A DNA stretch of 64,000 bases, taken from the human T2T-CHM13v2.0 reference genome, Homo sapiens. The translations under genes were made by a program, and so were the position numbers. Shown here in pieces: positions 45,641 through 64,000 of this stretch. The notes below the pieces were generated by a model, which saw nothing but the letters and a program-made list of their open reading frames with translations, made no database searches and was not told where the DNA came from. The DNA lies in assembly GCF_009914755.1 (NCBI RefSeq), contig NC_060933.1; one strand, 5' to 3'. Each line of letters starts with the position of its first letter. The first letter of the stretch is position 1.

Positions 45641-46432
45641 TTCCCTCACATTTGTAAGTGAATTTTTCTAGGAAGAGGATTCACAACAATTAGTCAATTC
45701 TCAAGTAAGTAACCAAAAGGAAAGTTTAAGAACCACTGCCCTCTATGAAGGCAGCTTCTCCAAGCAGGGAATCTGGAAAGAAGCTTAACCCCTAAGTGTA
45801 GACCTTCCCCCAAAGGTTGCGAAGTTTGCTCCACACATCTAGTTCCATTTACTCTTTTTTTTTTTCACACCTGAAGAAGGAAAGTTTGGCCAAGCTCAAA
45901 ACCATAATGTCCTTAGTTCAGACAACAAATTATTACACTTTCTTCTTTCTGGGAAAAACATGTGCAAAGATTTTCCCTCGGAAATGTGCCTGTTTTTAAA
46001 AGTCTCTAAAACTCAAGAGTGCTAGCATTTGCTACTCTGAAGATCTAGCCAGGAAAATGGGGGCAAAGGGAGGGCCATGAAAGCCCACTGTGTCCTTTTA
46101 GTGTTGGGGACGTGAAGACACAGGCCTGATCAGTGTACAAGGCCAGGACTGGGAGGCTGGAAACTTGGGTTAGAGCCCTGGCTCCACTACTTCCAACTGT
46201 GTCATCCAGGCCAATCCCTTTTTACTGTTTCCTTGTCAGTGAAATAGGAACATACTTGTTCTGTCTCTCAGAATAGTTCTGGGGCTAAGATGGTAAAACA
46301 ATGAAGACACTCTCTGAGACCTCAAGTTCTAAACCAAGGGTCACTTAGGCAAGTGCCTTCCAGAGCCAGATAGGTAATGCAACTTTGTGAATTGGCCACA
46401 TTAGAAAATGGTGGGAACCCAGGATTGATTTA

Positions 46433-46795
46433 TGATATGGTTTGGCTGTTTCCCCACCCAAATCTCGTCTGGAATTTTAATCCCCATAGTTCCTATATGT
46501 GGTGGGAGGGAGGTGATTGGATAATGGGAGCAGTTTCCCCCATGCTATTCTCATGATAGTGAGTTCTCATGAGATCTAATGGTTTTCTAAGCATCTGGCA
46601 TTTCCCCTGCTTGCACTTCTCTCTCCTGCCACCATGTAAAGAAGGCCCTTGCTTCCCCTTCACCTTCCGCCACGATTGTAAGTTTCCTGAGGCCTCCTCA
46701 GCCATGTGGAACTGTGAGTCAATTATACCTCTTTCCTTTATAAATTACTCAGTCTCAGGTATTTGTTTATAGCAGTGTGAGAACGGACTACTGCA
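46433..46795 (+). mobile_element. THE1 (MaLR) solo LTR
   Basis: TGATATGGTTTGGCTG..CCCCACCCAAATCTC; GATTGTAAGTTTCCTGAGGCCTCC..GCCATGTGGAACTGTGAGTCAATTA. Confidence 0.9.
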
Positions 46796-47644
46796 ATTCA
46801 TTGTTGGGCATGCTGAATCTAAGGTGCATACAGGGAAATATAGTTCTAAACTACGTTCTAGGAACCTTAGTTCCAGGAAATATTAATATCCCAGGAAAAA
46901 AGGTGGGGGACCGTTGAGGGTCGTTCAGTTTCCCTAGAAAACAAAGCCTGGGGCAATGGTTATATGCTGATGTTTTTAATGAAGGCACAAATCCAGAGCC
47001 TCAAGAGTGATATAAAAGGGAGGGCTGGGAAATGATGCAAGATGCTTGGAGGAGCCAGCGGCTCCTGGCAGCAGCTGGCTGGCCACAGAACTCCAGAGTT
47101 GGCTGCAGTGGCAACAGTTAAGGAAATGCAAAAGGCTAGGATCCAGGACTTAGGCAGGCTAAGAGAACCTATGAAAACACGTAGAATGTGTCCAACATAA
47201 ATGTCAAACAAAATTAAGAAACACTAGGTACTACATGCCGCCTCTTAGAAATCCGCAATGCATATTAGCACATTTAACAGTTCTAGAAGTACCTCAGCAA
47301 GGAAACCAGTTTCATTTTATTTGATCCAGCATTTCCCAAGCTTATTTGACCACAGAACCTTTCTTTCACGCACTGCTCATCTGTAGAACTCAGTTCTGGT
47401 CAGCTATGAATACTGGAATTTGGGGCTTAGGAAAGAGGATAGATTATAGATATGAATTTGAGATTAATAGTGATTAAAGCCAGGAGAATAAAGGAGATCA
47501 TCCTGGAAGAGTTTCTACAATGATCCTAAGCTTGAGTCCTGGCATACATCAATATTTAAGGGACAAACATAGGAAGAAGATCCCTGAAGAGAGAAAGGGA
47601 AGAAACCATTGTAGAATTAGGAGAATCAGGAACCATCACTAGGT

Positions 47645-49235
<1,591 letters not shown>

Positions 49236-50036
49236 ATAGTTAAAGTAGAAAGGAATTTATGACCAGGTATAGGTGAGCAGAGGACACCCCAGGCTTGAGT
49301 TACTAAGAAATCCATCTTCCCGATCAGGCATTACCCTAGAGCTTGTTAGAGATGTAAAATCTTATATGTCATGGCAGATCTACTGAATCAAAATCTGCGT
49401 TTTATCTAGATTTTTCAGGCCATTCATATGAACATTAAAGTTTGAAAAGTTCTGTCTTACAACATTACTAGCAGGGCTGGAGGGGTAGACTTAAAATGGA
49501 GCTTCCAGAAATAATTGTAAACCCTAAGAATCATCACGGTTCTGCCATCACTGATCATGAAAGAACCTGCCACCACTCCTGCCACAGGAAGCTACTGGGC
49601 CAGAAACCAGTACTGATTGGGGACTACAAAATCAATCTGCCACAATCCACATCAGCAAAATGAATGCCCTACCTGCATCCTCTCTCTCCAGTTAACTTAG
49701 TTTCAGGTTCAAGTTACATGCAAGTTTATAGAATGATAATTCCTAAGCTCATTTGGATTGCCAGCTGCAATGGAGTGTAGGAAGTGTGACATCCCAGCTG
49801 TAATGTACTGGAAGGAGATGGGAAGGGATGTTATGTGAACCAGTCCGTAGAATCCACCATTGGTGGTGTCATGGAAGCTCTGACATGAGCTTCTTTATAT
49901 CCCTCCGTATCTTTTCTCCCCCTCATTCATGGTAATCCAATTTTTAGCTAAATAAGGACTACATTTCCCAGCCTCTCTGCAGATAGATATGACCATGTGA
50001 CTGAGTTTGGGTCAATAATATAAAAGTGGAAATGTC

Positions 50037-50864
<828 letters not shown>

Positions 50865-52514
50865 TTAGCAAGAGCAGTTTCAGTAGAAGGGGCAGGGCAG
50901 AAGCTAGACTAGAGACTGCTGGGAGAATGAGAATCGAGAAAGTAGAGGGAGCAAGTACTGTCAACCACTTTGAGCAGCATGACATGGTGATCAGGAGACA
51001 GTGAAGGCTGTGGGCTCCATGGAGGGTTTTCCTGGCTTTTCTCTACTTTTAGGACCAGGGCAGACAGAGCAAGGGTGGCCTGGGATATCCAATGTCATTC
51101 AGTGTTGCAGCCCATCTGGTGGCTGTGGCCTTCATAGCCCTGGAAATGCTGATGCTGTCTCAGAAACAAGGGGATAGTGGGAACCTGGAATAAAGGAGGC
51201 TGGAGGATGATTTAGGCTCAGCCAGAGTAGATGCTGTTAAGTCCTTCCCGTTGGGCTGCTCCACACTGGGGTGCCTCTGGGCATCCTTCAGCGAGAGGCT
51301 GCCCCTAGTGTCCCCTCCCTCCCCGCCTCTGGTGCTGCCGGCTGCATCCCAGGCCTGGAACCAACATGCCGAACAGCCTCAGCACATCTGCATAGCTGAC
51401 GTCAAAGCAGACCACAGTTTGTCCTCTGGGGAGGAAAGGGAACCACAGTATGTGTGTTGGTTTCTCTTCTATCTGAAAGCTCTTTCGCCCTTTTCTGCAC
51501 TCAGGCCCCTGGCTAGCTTTCCTGATGTGCCTCTGGGATTCTTCCCCTTGGCACCTCCTCAACCCCGCCCTGCAGTCCCAGGTTTATCCGTTTCTTGTCA
51601 CCTTGTGCTCAGCTGGGAACCCCTCCCTGCCTTTTCACATCCCTTACATCACTCCCTGAACACACTAGTCACTTACGTCCTCTCCTTCTTCAACTTTCTT
51701 TCCTCTCAAATGATAAAACCACCTTCCCAATCAAAGATTTATTGTGCAGGGAAGTTTTCCCAGCTCCCCACGGTAGTGAGATTAGCCAAAGGCGAATCAC
51801 ATGGGGGAAACTGGAGAAGGAAATGGCCCAGATTTACACCAGAGCTGTGGGGAGCAGAACCAGCAGCCAATCACAGAGGATCCTCCCTGAGTGGCTGACC
51901 CTTTGCGGGGACATAAAGTGTCCATTTATCTCCTATCTTGGGAAGAAGTGAGGGTCCTCACGAGGGCCTGGCACTTGCCAGTCTGCCAATTGCTGGGACG
52001 AATCTCAGGTTTTATTAGCCCCTCAATGGTCTCATGTATCCAAGGAGAAAGTGAGGGTCCCATGTCTGAGCCCAAGCAGGGGTTGCTCTCACCTTGGCAG
52101 CTCCCCATCTCCAGGATGTGCTCTTGCTACTCTGGAATATGGCAGCCTCTGCAAGTGATACTGGGCTTACAACACAGAAAGTGTCTCAAAAAACTTATAA
52201 GCATCCCTCAGAAACCTCTCCTGCTCCCCACTCCTGGGGCCCCATCAAAACCCAGCTTCCAGTGTTTTAAATCAAAATATAGCAGCCACAGAAAGCCTTC
52301 AGGATTGATAAGAGTTGAGCCAAGCAGATTCAAATAGCAGTAGGTCTGGTACCCTACAATGGTCTTGCCCTCCTCTGACCAATATGTCCTGGATGAGGAG
52401 GAAGAATTCAGCAAAAGGAGCAAGCTTCCCTCAAGGTGCTTAGGAAAAAATACACACTCTGGACACTGAAAAGCTTGGGGCTGATCCTATCCCTGCCACT
52501 GCTGACTTTGGGTT

Positions 52515-53900
52515 CTTTTTTTTGAGACAAGATCTCACCACGTTGCCCAGGTGGGTGTCATGAACTCCTGGGCTCAAGTGATCCTCCTGCGTCAGCCTCC
52601 TGTGTGGCTGGGACTATCGGCGTGAGCCCACTGTACCTGACTCCTATGGGTATATTTTTAACTTCTTTGAGTTTCCACTTTCTCAATTGTAAAACAAGGC
52701 TTATATTTCCTTTTACCTAAAATTGTAAAAAATTAAATGAAATTATGCATGCACAGTTCTTGACTTTTATTAAGTTACTAACCTGCTTGAAGGTAAAGCT
52801 TCAGAATAACTTCTTGTTTCCCATTTTCAGAAATTCTCTCCTCTCTGCTTTCGGCTTACCTTTCTCTTCTCTTATCATTTTCTTCCCCAGCACCTGGAAG
52901 GTCTCCTAGGTCCCTGCTATTCAAAGGTTCAGGGCAAGCAGTATCACTTAGGACCTTTTTAGAAATGCAGAATCTCAGGGCCCACCACAGACCCTCTCTG
53001 AATCTGAATCGGCATTTTAACAAGATTCCCAAGTTTTTCTCTGTGCATACTAAACTTTGAGACGTGCTTGTACTAGATCACCCCTTTCTTCTTTAATTTA
53101 TGACATCAAATAGCACTGGTTTCAATAATTCACACCACTAACAGGAGTTTCCCCCCAGCAAATTGCATACTACTTACTAAAATCTCCTTGATTATGATAC
53201 TGGAGTAACAATAAGTCATAATATTAATGAAAATTATAGCACAGTGTAACATGTGTTTAATGCTTTGGTATTTACAACATGCTTTTATACCCACATAATC
53301 TCATCTGATTCTAGAATATGGAATAGTTATCAATCAGTGAATTGATGAATGAATGAATGACTTGGGGCTATTTGGTGGAGAGAAACTGGATTATAAGAGG
53401 ATTTTGAGGTTATATCAGTGAAGAATTTTGCTCAGCTGCTACTAAGAGAGATCCAAGTCAACAGTGGTCTAAATAAGACAGGGTCTTAGTTTTCTCCTAG
53501 GAAAGGCCAGGCAGGTATGGGGACTCTATCTACAAGGTCTCCAGATTAGAATTATTTTGTCTTCTGCTCTGCTATCTGTGGCACATGACTTTACTCCTTA
53601 AGATCACCTCACGGATAAAAAATGACTGCTAGGGCCTCACCCATCAAGTCCATGTCCCAGGGAGGTAAAGGAAGAATGATGGGGGGAAAGATGAAGTGGT
53701 ACTTGCTAGCTAAGTTAGCCTCCTTTATACAGCTTTCTCAAAACGCCACCCAATCACTTCCCCTTACTTCTCATTAGCCATCCCTATCTGCAAGGAAAAT
53801 GTAGTCTTAGCTAAGACTAGGCACATTGCTGCCCCCAATATAGGAGTAAGGAAGGTGGGATAGTGGCTATAAGGAAGAAAACTAGCATTCTTCCTATGGC
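52515..53900. mobile_element. FLAM (52515-52640), MER5A (~52910-53075) and MLT1 remnant (~53410-53900)
   Basis: AGAAATGCAGAATCTCAGGGCCCACC..TGAATCGGCATTTTAACAAGATTCCC (MER5A); MLT1-like ends. Confidence 0.7.
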
Positions 53901-54309
53901 ATGAATGACAGGAGCATGAATGAAAGGGAGAGATTGATATACAAATCATGTTCAGTGTGCCAAGGCCTTTCTGGAAGTGTTTCGTATTTCTCCTTATGTA
54001 ATGGCTCAACAAGGAAAAGAGTCAGGACAGGATGGAGTGGTCTCTGCTGGGCTGCTTCTGGGGAAAAAGAAAATGTCTTTCACTGATGTATTAGCTGAGG
54101 GCCCAAAGTTGGGTAATGTGAGAAACCAGGACTCTCAGCTGGCCCAACTCAGCTGAAGTATTGCTCTCTCTTCAAAAGATGCTGGCTTAATGATGGAGTT
54201 ATCATCACTCATGCTCTTCTTCCTATATGGGATGCTCCCCTCACTCTACATCTGAATTCCCAGCTCCTTCTACGCAACTCCCACTCAGTCCTCAGTTCTT
54301 AGCTCATAG

Positions 54310-54958
<649 letters not shown>

Positions 54959-56152
54959 CCCTTGAAATTTACTTGTTTGAGATCTGTTCCTGCCCCAGTC
55001 TTTTATTCTACCTCCAAGTAGAAGGTCCCTGAGGGGAGATACCATGTCTATCCTATTCATCAGTGAATTTCAAGCATTTTGTACTGTACCCAGAACACAG
55101 TAGTTGCTCCACAAATATTTTCTGAATGAATAAATATATCTTATAATAAAGTTCATACTATTTCTTAGCGATCTTTGGATTGTAATTAACAAAAATCTAC
55201 CTAAACTAGTTTAATCAAGAAGGGGAACTTATTTATAATGATACTGGAACATCTCATAGAGACAAGGGACTAGATTATAGCCTAGCCTCAGGAATGGAGT
55301 AGAACTAGAAACTCAAATGCCACTGGGAATCTTTCTGTTTGTCATTCTCTCTCATAAAACCAGATTCTTCTGCTTGTTACTCCTATATAGTAAGGAAAAT
55401 ATGGCTGCCAAGAGCACCTAACTGTTATATGTTGTTGGGCCAATCAGCTGGAGGGGAGTTAATATAGCTCTCTGTTCTCTCTTTCTTCAATATTCCAGCA
55501 TGGCTCAGGTGCCTGACCCTGGACCAATCAAGTGACAAAGGGTCAGGGTCATATTGTAGAAACATGGCAGCTCCCACTACAACCTTGTGGTTTGGGTATG
55601 GGAGAGTTGTTTCCTGGAAAAGAGGTTTTAGGAAGACAAAAAAAATGGGTGTCCATTGGAGCGAGCATCACTCATCCCTGCCCCAGCACTGGCTCCTTGA
55701 CCATAGCTCTAGCATTTCCTTAGATTGATGCCTGGATCCCTAGCACCTCCAATGGGTCTTGAGGGCCCTTGCCAGAGGCCTCTGATAGTTTCTAATCCGA
55801 TTCTTTGTTTACTCCCCTGAACCATTTTCCCCCAATAATGCCAGTATTTAGAGATACCATGGGTGCTTGAGACTTCACAGGGAGGAAGAGGCAGCCTGGC
55901 CTCCTCAAGATCCAAGAGATCTTGCTGGGCTTTACTGCCTGCAGAAGGTGACAGTGGAGTCAGGAGAGCTGTTGGACAAGGACAGACCTCAGGTGGGGGC
56001 AGCTCTCTTCATGATTTCCTTCAACTAGCACCCTACTCCTCTTACATCTGGTCATCATGCAGCTGTGAGGGATGGGCCTCCATAACCATCTGACAAATGA
56101 GGAAACTGAGGTCCTTAAAGGGGGCAGGACATGAGCATGGTCATTTAACAGA

Positions 56153-57080
56153 TGTCTCAGTTCATTATGTATTGCTATAACAGAACATCTCAGGCTGGGT
56201 AGTTTATAAAGAAATTTATTTCTCACAGTTCAGGAGGCTGGGAAGTCCAATATCAAGGTGTTGGCATCTGGTGAGGGCCTTCATGCTGCATCATCCCCTC
56301 ATGAAAGGTGGAAAGGCAAGAGGGGTGAAAGCAAGAGTGCAAAAGTGTGCTGAACTCACTTTTCTTACAGACCCAATCTCTCAAGAACTAATCCACTCCT
56401 GAGATAATGACATTAATTCATTCATTAGGGCAGAGCCTCCACAACCTAATCACCTCTTATTCAGCCCCATCTCCAACACTGTTGCATTGGGTATTAAGTT
56501 TCCAACACATAAACTTGGGGGACACCTTCAAACCATAGCAATAGATAAATAGCAAAGAAAACACTTGAACTTAAGCTTCCCTTCTTTATGCTCCAGCTAT
56601 AGGGACTGGATGAGTTTAACATCTCTTCTGCAGAGACAATGCTGTGTTCAACAGATATAGACTACGTTTCCCAGGATCCCTTGCATGTAGGTATGTTGTG
56701 TGACTGAGTTCTGCCAATGGAAGGAGGTGGAAGAGATGCATACCACTTTCACATTTGGCCATGAAATATTCTACACACTTAAGCTGGGTGCAGTGGCTCA
56801 TGCCTGTAATCCCAGCACTTTGGGAGGCCAAGGCGGGTGGATCACCTGAGGTCAGGAGTTCGAGACCAGCCATGGCCAACATGGTGAAACCCTGTCTCTA
56901 CTAAAAACACAAAAAATTAGCTGGGCGTGATGACAGACGCTTATAATCCCAGCTATTCCGGAGGTTGAGGCAGAAGAATCGCTTGAACTGGGGAGGTGGA
57001 GGTTGAAGTGAGCCAAGATCGTGCCACTGTACTCTAGCCCGGGTGACAGAGCGAGACTCCATCTTAAAAAAAAAAAAAAA
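56153..57080. mobile_element. MST/MLT1A-type LTR (56153-56540) and AluS (56782-57080)
   Basis: TTTATTTCTCACAGTTCAGGAGGCTGGGAAGTCCAATATCAAGGTG...TTCAAACCATAGCA; Alu TSD AAAT(A)TTCTACACACT. Confidence 0.85.
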
Positions 57081-58212
57081 TTCTACACACTATCTCCTCC
57101 ACCTGTGAGGCTGGAAGCAAAAGGGTCTGAGAATGGTGAAACCTCCTAATGGAAGAAGGCCAAATCTCTGATTTCACCCAGGAGAGAGTTCCCTATCAAG
57201 ATCTGCATTGGATTTTGCTGAAGCAAGTAATCAATCTTTACTCTTAAGCCACTAAGATTTTGAGGCTATAAGTTCTTATACATAGCCTAGCATACCCAGA
57301 CTAGCACATCTCTGATGGAGCCCCTCTTCTCCACAAAGAGTTAGACTTGATCTCCCACAGCACTGTATCTGCCCCAGCCCTCACCACCTTCTCCCCTGAC
57401 AAAGACCCAAAGTACAGTTTTGCAATTAGAAACACAGACCTTAGGTCTCCTCAGAACTGAGTCTGAACTCCAGGTCCACCTCAGACAGACCTAAGCAGGT
57501 TTCTTGACCTCTTTAAGACTGTTTCTGCATCTGTAGAGATGGTACCCATGTCAAAATGTGGTTGTAAGGATTAAACGAGATATTATATAATCAATGGTTC
57601 ACAATAAGATGATGCCACTCTCTGAGGACAGGGGATTGGAAGTTTGTAGGGCCATTTTTAGTTGTAATGATGATTGTGGAACCCTTCTGGCTAGGGATGC
57701 TAGAGGTACTGTGACAGGGCACTCCCACACAATGATAAATTGTTGCTTGTTCCCCACACCTTTCATATGGTTCATCATTCATTTGTCTGACATTACAATT
57801 ACATGAGCCTAGAACCTAACTCTTACATATAATCACAAAATATTGTTGTGTGGCTTTAATTGACTTTTAATTTATTGATTCTTACTTTTTAATTGCAATG
57901 AGGTCTCTCTGTGTTTCCCCGGCTGGTCTTGCACTCCTGGGCTCAAGCAATCTTCCTGTCTCAGCCTCCTGATTATCTAGAATTACAGGTGCATGCTGCC
58001 ACACCCAGCTGTGTGGTTTTAAGATATATTAAATAGTCCAGGAATATCCAAGGGTGTGGACAAGGATGGGGAAGACAGAAGGGATATGGCAGAAACCCAG
58101 GTCTGGCAGGAGCAGAGCTATCACCACCACTATGCCCAGGGAGTGAGGGGTGGGAGATTACTAGAACCTGGAAGAAGAGTGTATGTTGCAGAGTGGGCGG
58201 AGTGTTGCAGAA

Positions 58213-58640
58213 AGTGTTCATTTCCTAGGGCTGCCATAACAAATTACTGCAAACTTGGTGACTTAAAACAGAAAAAAGATTCTCAAATTTCCAGAGGCCA
58301 AAAGTTTAAAATCAAAGCAAGGTCACATTCCTTTCAAAGGCCCCAGGGAAGAATCCTGCTCTTCCAGCTTCCAAGGGCTCCTTGGCTTGTGGCTGCATAA
58401 CTCCAATCTGTGCCTCCATCCTCATGCAGCCATCTCTTCTTCTCTGATTTCTCTTCTGTCTCTTATAAAGATACTTGTGATTAGATTCAGGGCCCACCCA
58501 GATCATACAGCACGATCTTATCTTGAGATCCTGAATTACATCAGCAAAGATCCTTTCTCCAAATAAGGTCATGTTCACAGGTTCTGGGAGTCAAAACGTG
58601 GGCATATCTTTTTGGGGGCCCCCATTCAATCCACCATGGC
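58213..58640. mobile_element. MLT1 LTR
   Basis: TTTCCTAGGGCTGCCATAACAAATTAC..CCAAATAAGGTCATGTTCACAGGTTCTGGG. Confidence 0.8.
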
Positions 58641-58876
58641 CACTGTATTAGTCTGTTCTCACATTGCTATAAAGAAATACCTAAGACTGGGTAATTTATA
58701 AAGAAAAGAGGTTTAATTGACTCACAGTTCTGCAGGCTGTACAGGAAGCATGACGCTAGCATTTGCTTGGCTTCTGAGGAGGCCTCAGGAAACTTACAAT
58801 TTTGTAGAGATGAGGTGTAACTATATTGCCCAGGCTGGTCTCAAATTCCTGGACTCAAGTGATCCTCTGTTTCCAC

Positions 58877-60463
<1,587 letters not shown>

Positions 60464-61459
60464 CAAGCACTAAGTGTTCACTGCATAGTATCTATTTTTA
60501 TTAAGGGTGTTATCACCCTTCTTCACTTCCAGGCACAATCAGGTTTAGATCTTGGAGATCAGTCGTGTTGTGAGTCACCAGAGAGGAGCAGGCACAGCTT
60601 GGAGCCTGTTCCCCTGGGGAGGGTGGCACTGAGTGATGCAAGCCTGGGTCCCAAGAAACCCTGGCCCTGATGCTGCTGCCCCCTCTCTGGGAGCAGGAAG
60701 TCTCCAGGGGAAAGGACTATTTCTCTAGAGCCCTGGAAATCCCAGATTAACCCTCCTACTAGGTAGATCTACAGTGTTCCCTCTGAGCATACCAGCATCT
60801 CAAGTTTCCCACTAAAGCAGGGGGCTGGGCCAGGCTTGGCTCCAGAGCTGCGAACAGCCTGGACAGAGCTGACATCAGCAGTTAGGCCAGGTTGGGGAAG
60901 GGTAGGGTTAGCCCCCAGCAGCTGGGCTGTCTCACCCATAGGGGAGGAGAGAAGAAGAGGGAGCAGCAGAAGAAGGGAGGAGGAAAAGCAGGAAAAGGAA
61001 AGTGAGCCCAGGGAAGTTTGCTCAGGACAGGCTTTTACTGTAGGGTGGAGGAATTTCTCTAGCGGTAGTGTACCACTACACTTCAGCCTGGGAGCAGGAT
61101 TCCTCCAGCTGTAAAGTGGAGTAATCCGATGCATGTTATCTCCCCGCTTAACAACTGACGTCCAAAACCCCTGCCTATGTCTTCATCTTTATTTCATCTC
61201 AGACCATTTCCCGCCATGCATGGACCTTCCCATAGAATCACTTATAGATCCCTCCAAAGGCCATGCTAATCCATGACTACATGCCTTTGGGTATACAGTT
61301 CTCTGTTTGAATTGCCTTTCCATGATTTATCTAGCTGGAAATTTCCTTAAAATATCACCTTCTCCATGAAGTATTCCCCAATTCTGATAAAATTATTCTT
61401 GCCTCTGTGTTCAAATCTAGGTGTCTAAGATACATTAGAATGACCATTTATTAATCTAG

Positions 61460-61961
<502 letters not shown>

Positions 61962-62194
61962 TTACCACAAGAAATTCTCAACCCTCAGTATGGTCAGTGC
62001 TTACTTATTAATTTATTCAGTGAATGTCTACTGAGGGCCTGCTATGTGCCAGACATGGACCAGGTGTTGAGTGTTCAATGGTAAGCAAAGCCCACATTGA
62101 ACTTGCCCACATAGGACTTGCCTCTATGGAGCTTCCAGTCAACTATGGAAGACATATTAAGCAAATAAAAATACCATTAAGTATATAATAACAG

Positions 62195-62746
62195 GCCAGG
62201 AGTGGTGGCTCATGCCTGTAATCCCAGCACTTTGGGAGGTAGAGACAGAGGCTTGCTTGAGCCCAGGAGTTTGAGACCAGCCTGGGCAATATAGTGACAC
62301 CTCGTCTCTACAAAAAATTTAAAAATTAGCCAAGCATGGTAGCACACACTTGGAGTCCTTGCTACTTAGGAGGCTGAGGTGGGAGGATAGCTTGAGCTCA
62401 GGAGGCAGAGGTGTACTGAGACAGCACTTACACTCCAGCCTGGGTGACAGAGTAAGACTCTATCTCAAAAAAGAAGTACATAATACTTTGGGAGGCCGAG
62501 GCGGGCGGATCACGAGGTCAGGAGTTCGAAACCAGCCTGACCAACATGGTGAAACCCCGTCTCTACTAGAAATACAAAAAAATTAGCTGGGTGTGGTGGC
62601 ATGCACTTGTAATCCCAGCTGCTCAGGAGGTTGAGGCAGGAGAATCACTTGAACCCAGGAGGCGGAGGTTACAGTGAGCTGAGATAGCGCCATTGCACTC
62701 CAGCATGGGCGACAGAGCAAGACTCTGTCTCAAAAAAAAAAAAAAA
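62195..62746 (+). mobile_element. Tandem Alus (AluJ 62195-62474; 5'-truncated AluS 62485-62746) within an L2
   Basis: Alu consensus; target sequence AAGTA(C/T)ATAATA present three times. Confidence 0.9.
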
Positions 62747-63836
62747 GTACATAATAACAAACTGTGATAATTGATCTGAAAGAAAAGAATATTACAAGAA
62801 AGAATAATATCAAGAACCTATTTCAGATTATGTGGTCAGGTAAGACCTTTTTGGGAAGGGGACGTTTATACAGGCAGACATCCAGTACTGTAAACAAACT
62901 TCTATAAGGTGTGTTTATTGCACTGTATTGTTACCTAGGTTTAAGTTGTCCAGCTAACCACCAGACTGTGTACTTCTTGAAATGTAGAATCTTGTCAATA
63001 TTTGTGCCCTCAGCATGCTGCACAGAGTAGGGCCTTGGTAGCTAGTGAAAGAATGAATGGAAAGATGGAGGGATCATGGGAAGAATGAGCAAATAAATAA
63101 AGGAAACATCAGGTGGCTGTATGAGTGCATACTTGCATGAATGGATGATGGATAGGTAACGGAGGGATGGGTGACTGTCTCCAGCAGCAACACTGACAAC
63201 CAGGATTCCTGGTGGTACCAGTGAGACAAGAGTAGAAACTGATAGGAACTTAGCTGATTCCTTTACTATATTTCCAAACCATGTCCATCATTTAAGGTGA
63301 CCACCAATGGCCTCTCCTCCCCAAAAAGCCCCTTGATTACCATTGCTAAGCCCTACTCCACACGTGAATGAATTGCTGTCACCTCCTGTACTCCCACACA
63401 TGCCACACCACACTTACGTCGACAAACGTAATTGCCTTGCGCTTGCCATCTACTGATCACCTGGGGTACAGGTTTCTCAGGGCAAGCCATGCTCTCTGTG
63501 TCAGTCTTAGAAGGGATAAAGGGATAGAGAGAGGAAGAAAAGAAAGTTTCTTTCCTACATCTGAGCCAAAGAAGGTACAGAGCTCAGTGGGCAGTGAGGA
63601 GATTCTTGCTCTGATAATTCATCACATGACTTCAAAAAAGCACTTTAAATGACACATTTTTTCTAGATATGTGTCTTAGGCCTCCTAAGAGGAGTTTATT
63701 TAGAGACCCAGTTTGAGTCACAATAAAGAGTTAAAAAAAACACCCAGGGTCCCTCTGGGATCTTTTTAAAAATGAACAGAGAAAAGAAAATTATACACAG
63801 ACCACTCTCTTCCCTTTAAACAATCTCTGCCTGAAA

Positions 63837-63934
63837 ATGAATGCTCACCTGGCTTTGCATTCCTCACCTGCGGATGAACGCTCATCTGCCTTTGCATTCC
63901 CCACTGGAGGATGAACGCTCACCTGGCTTTGCAT
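63837..63934. repeat. 37 bp minisatellite, ~2.6 copies
   Basis: Units start at 63837, 63874 and 63911: ATGAA(T/C)GCTCA(C/T)CTG(G/C)CTTTGCAT... Confidence 0.92.
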
Positions 63935-64000
63935 GCTTTAAGACTCCCATACACTTGTTTCCAGTCTCATCAAAGCTCTTAGCTACCCAAGCCCAGTTCT

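Noticed and set aside
51251-51898. 215-aa plus-strand ORF
   Set aside because: TTG start, no recognisable domain or coding-like composition.
63837-63934. CRISPR-like appearance of the 37 bp repeat (also the 5670 repeat)
   Set aside because: Human DNA, no cas genes and no unique spacers of proper length; these are ordinary tandem repeats.

Overview
Human (primate) genomic DNA from the 5' end of B4GALT1 (beta-1,4-galactosyltransferase 1), recognised from the translated protein. The only well-supported coding sequence is B4GALT1 coding exon 1 on the minus strand (15391-15802). It sits in a CpG-island promoter and has two in-frame start codons. Positions 1-15390 are intron 1; 16000-64000 is repeat-dense upstream DNA that probably hosts the antisense lncRNA B4GALT1-AS1. 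Most tracked ORFs are Alu, L1 or LTR artefacts. I found no new protein-coding or multi-gene system. The most interesting signals are structural. (1) A near full-length U4atac snRNA copy (22842-22970) with intact U6atac-pairing and Sm regions but a mutated k-turn uridine. (2) A ~340 bp inverted local duplication inserted into an MST LTR (58877-59216 vs 59807-60463), resembling a template-switch scar. (3) A composite L1 insertion with one TSD that looks like a 3' transduction carrying an older L1 and unique DNA (31986-32987). (4) A second candidate transduction, several small tandem or dispersed duplications, and candidate regulatory motif clusters. Repeat family names come from recalled consensus sequences and their boundaries are approximate.
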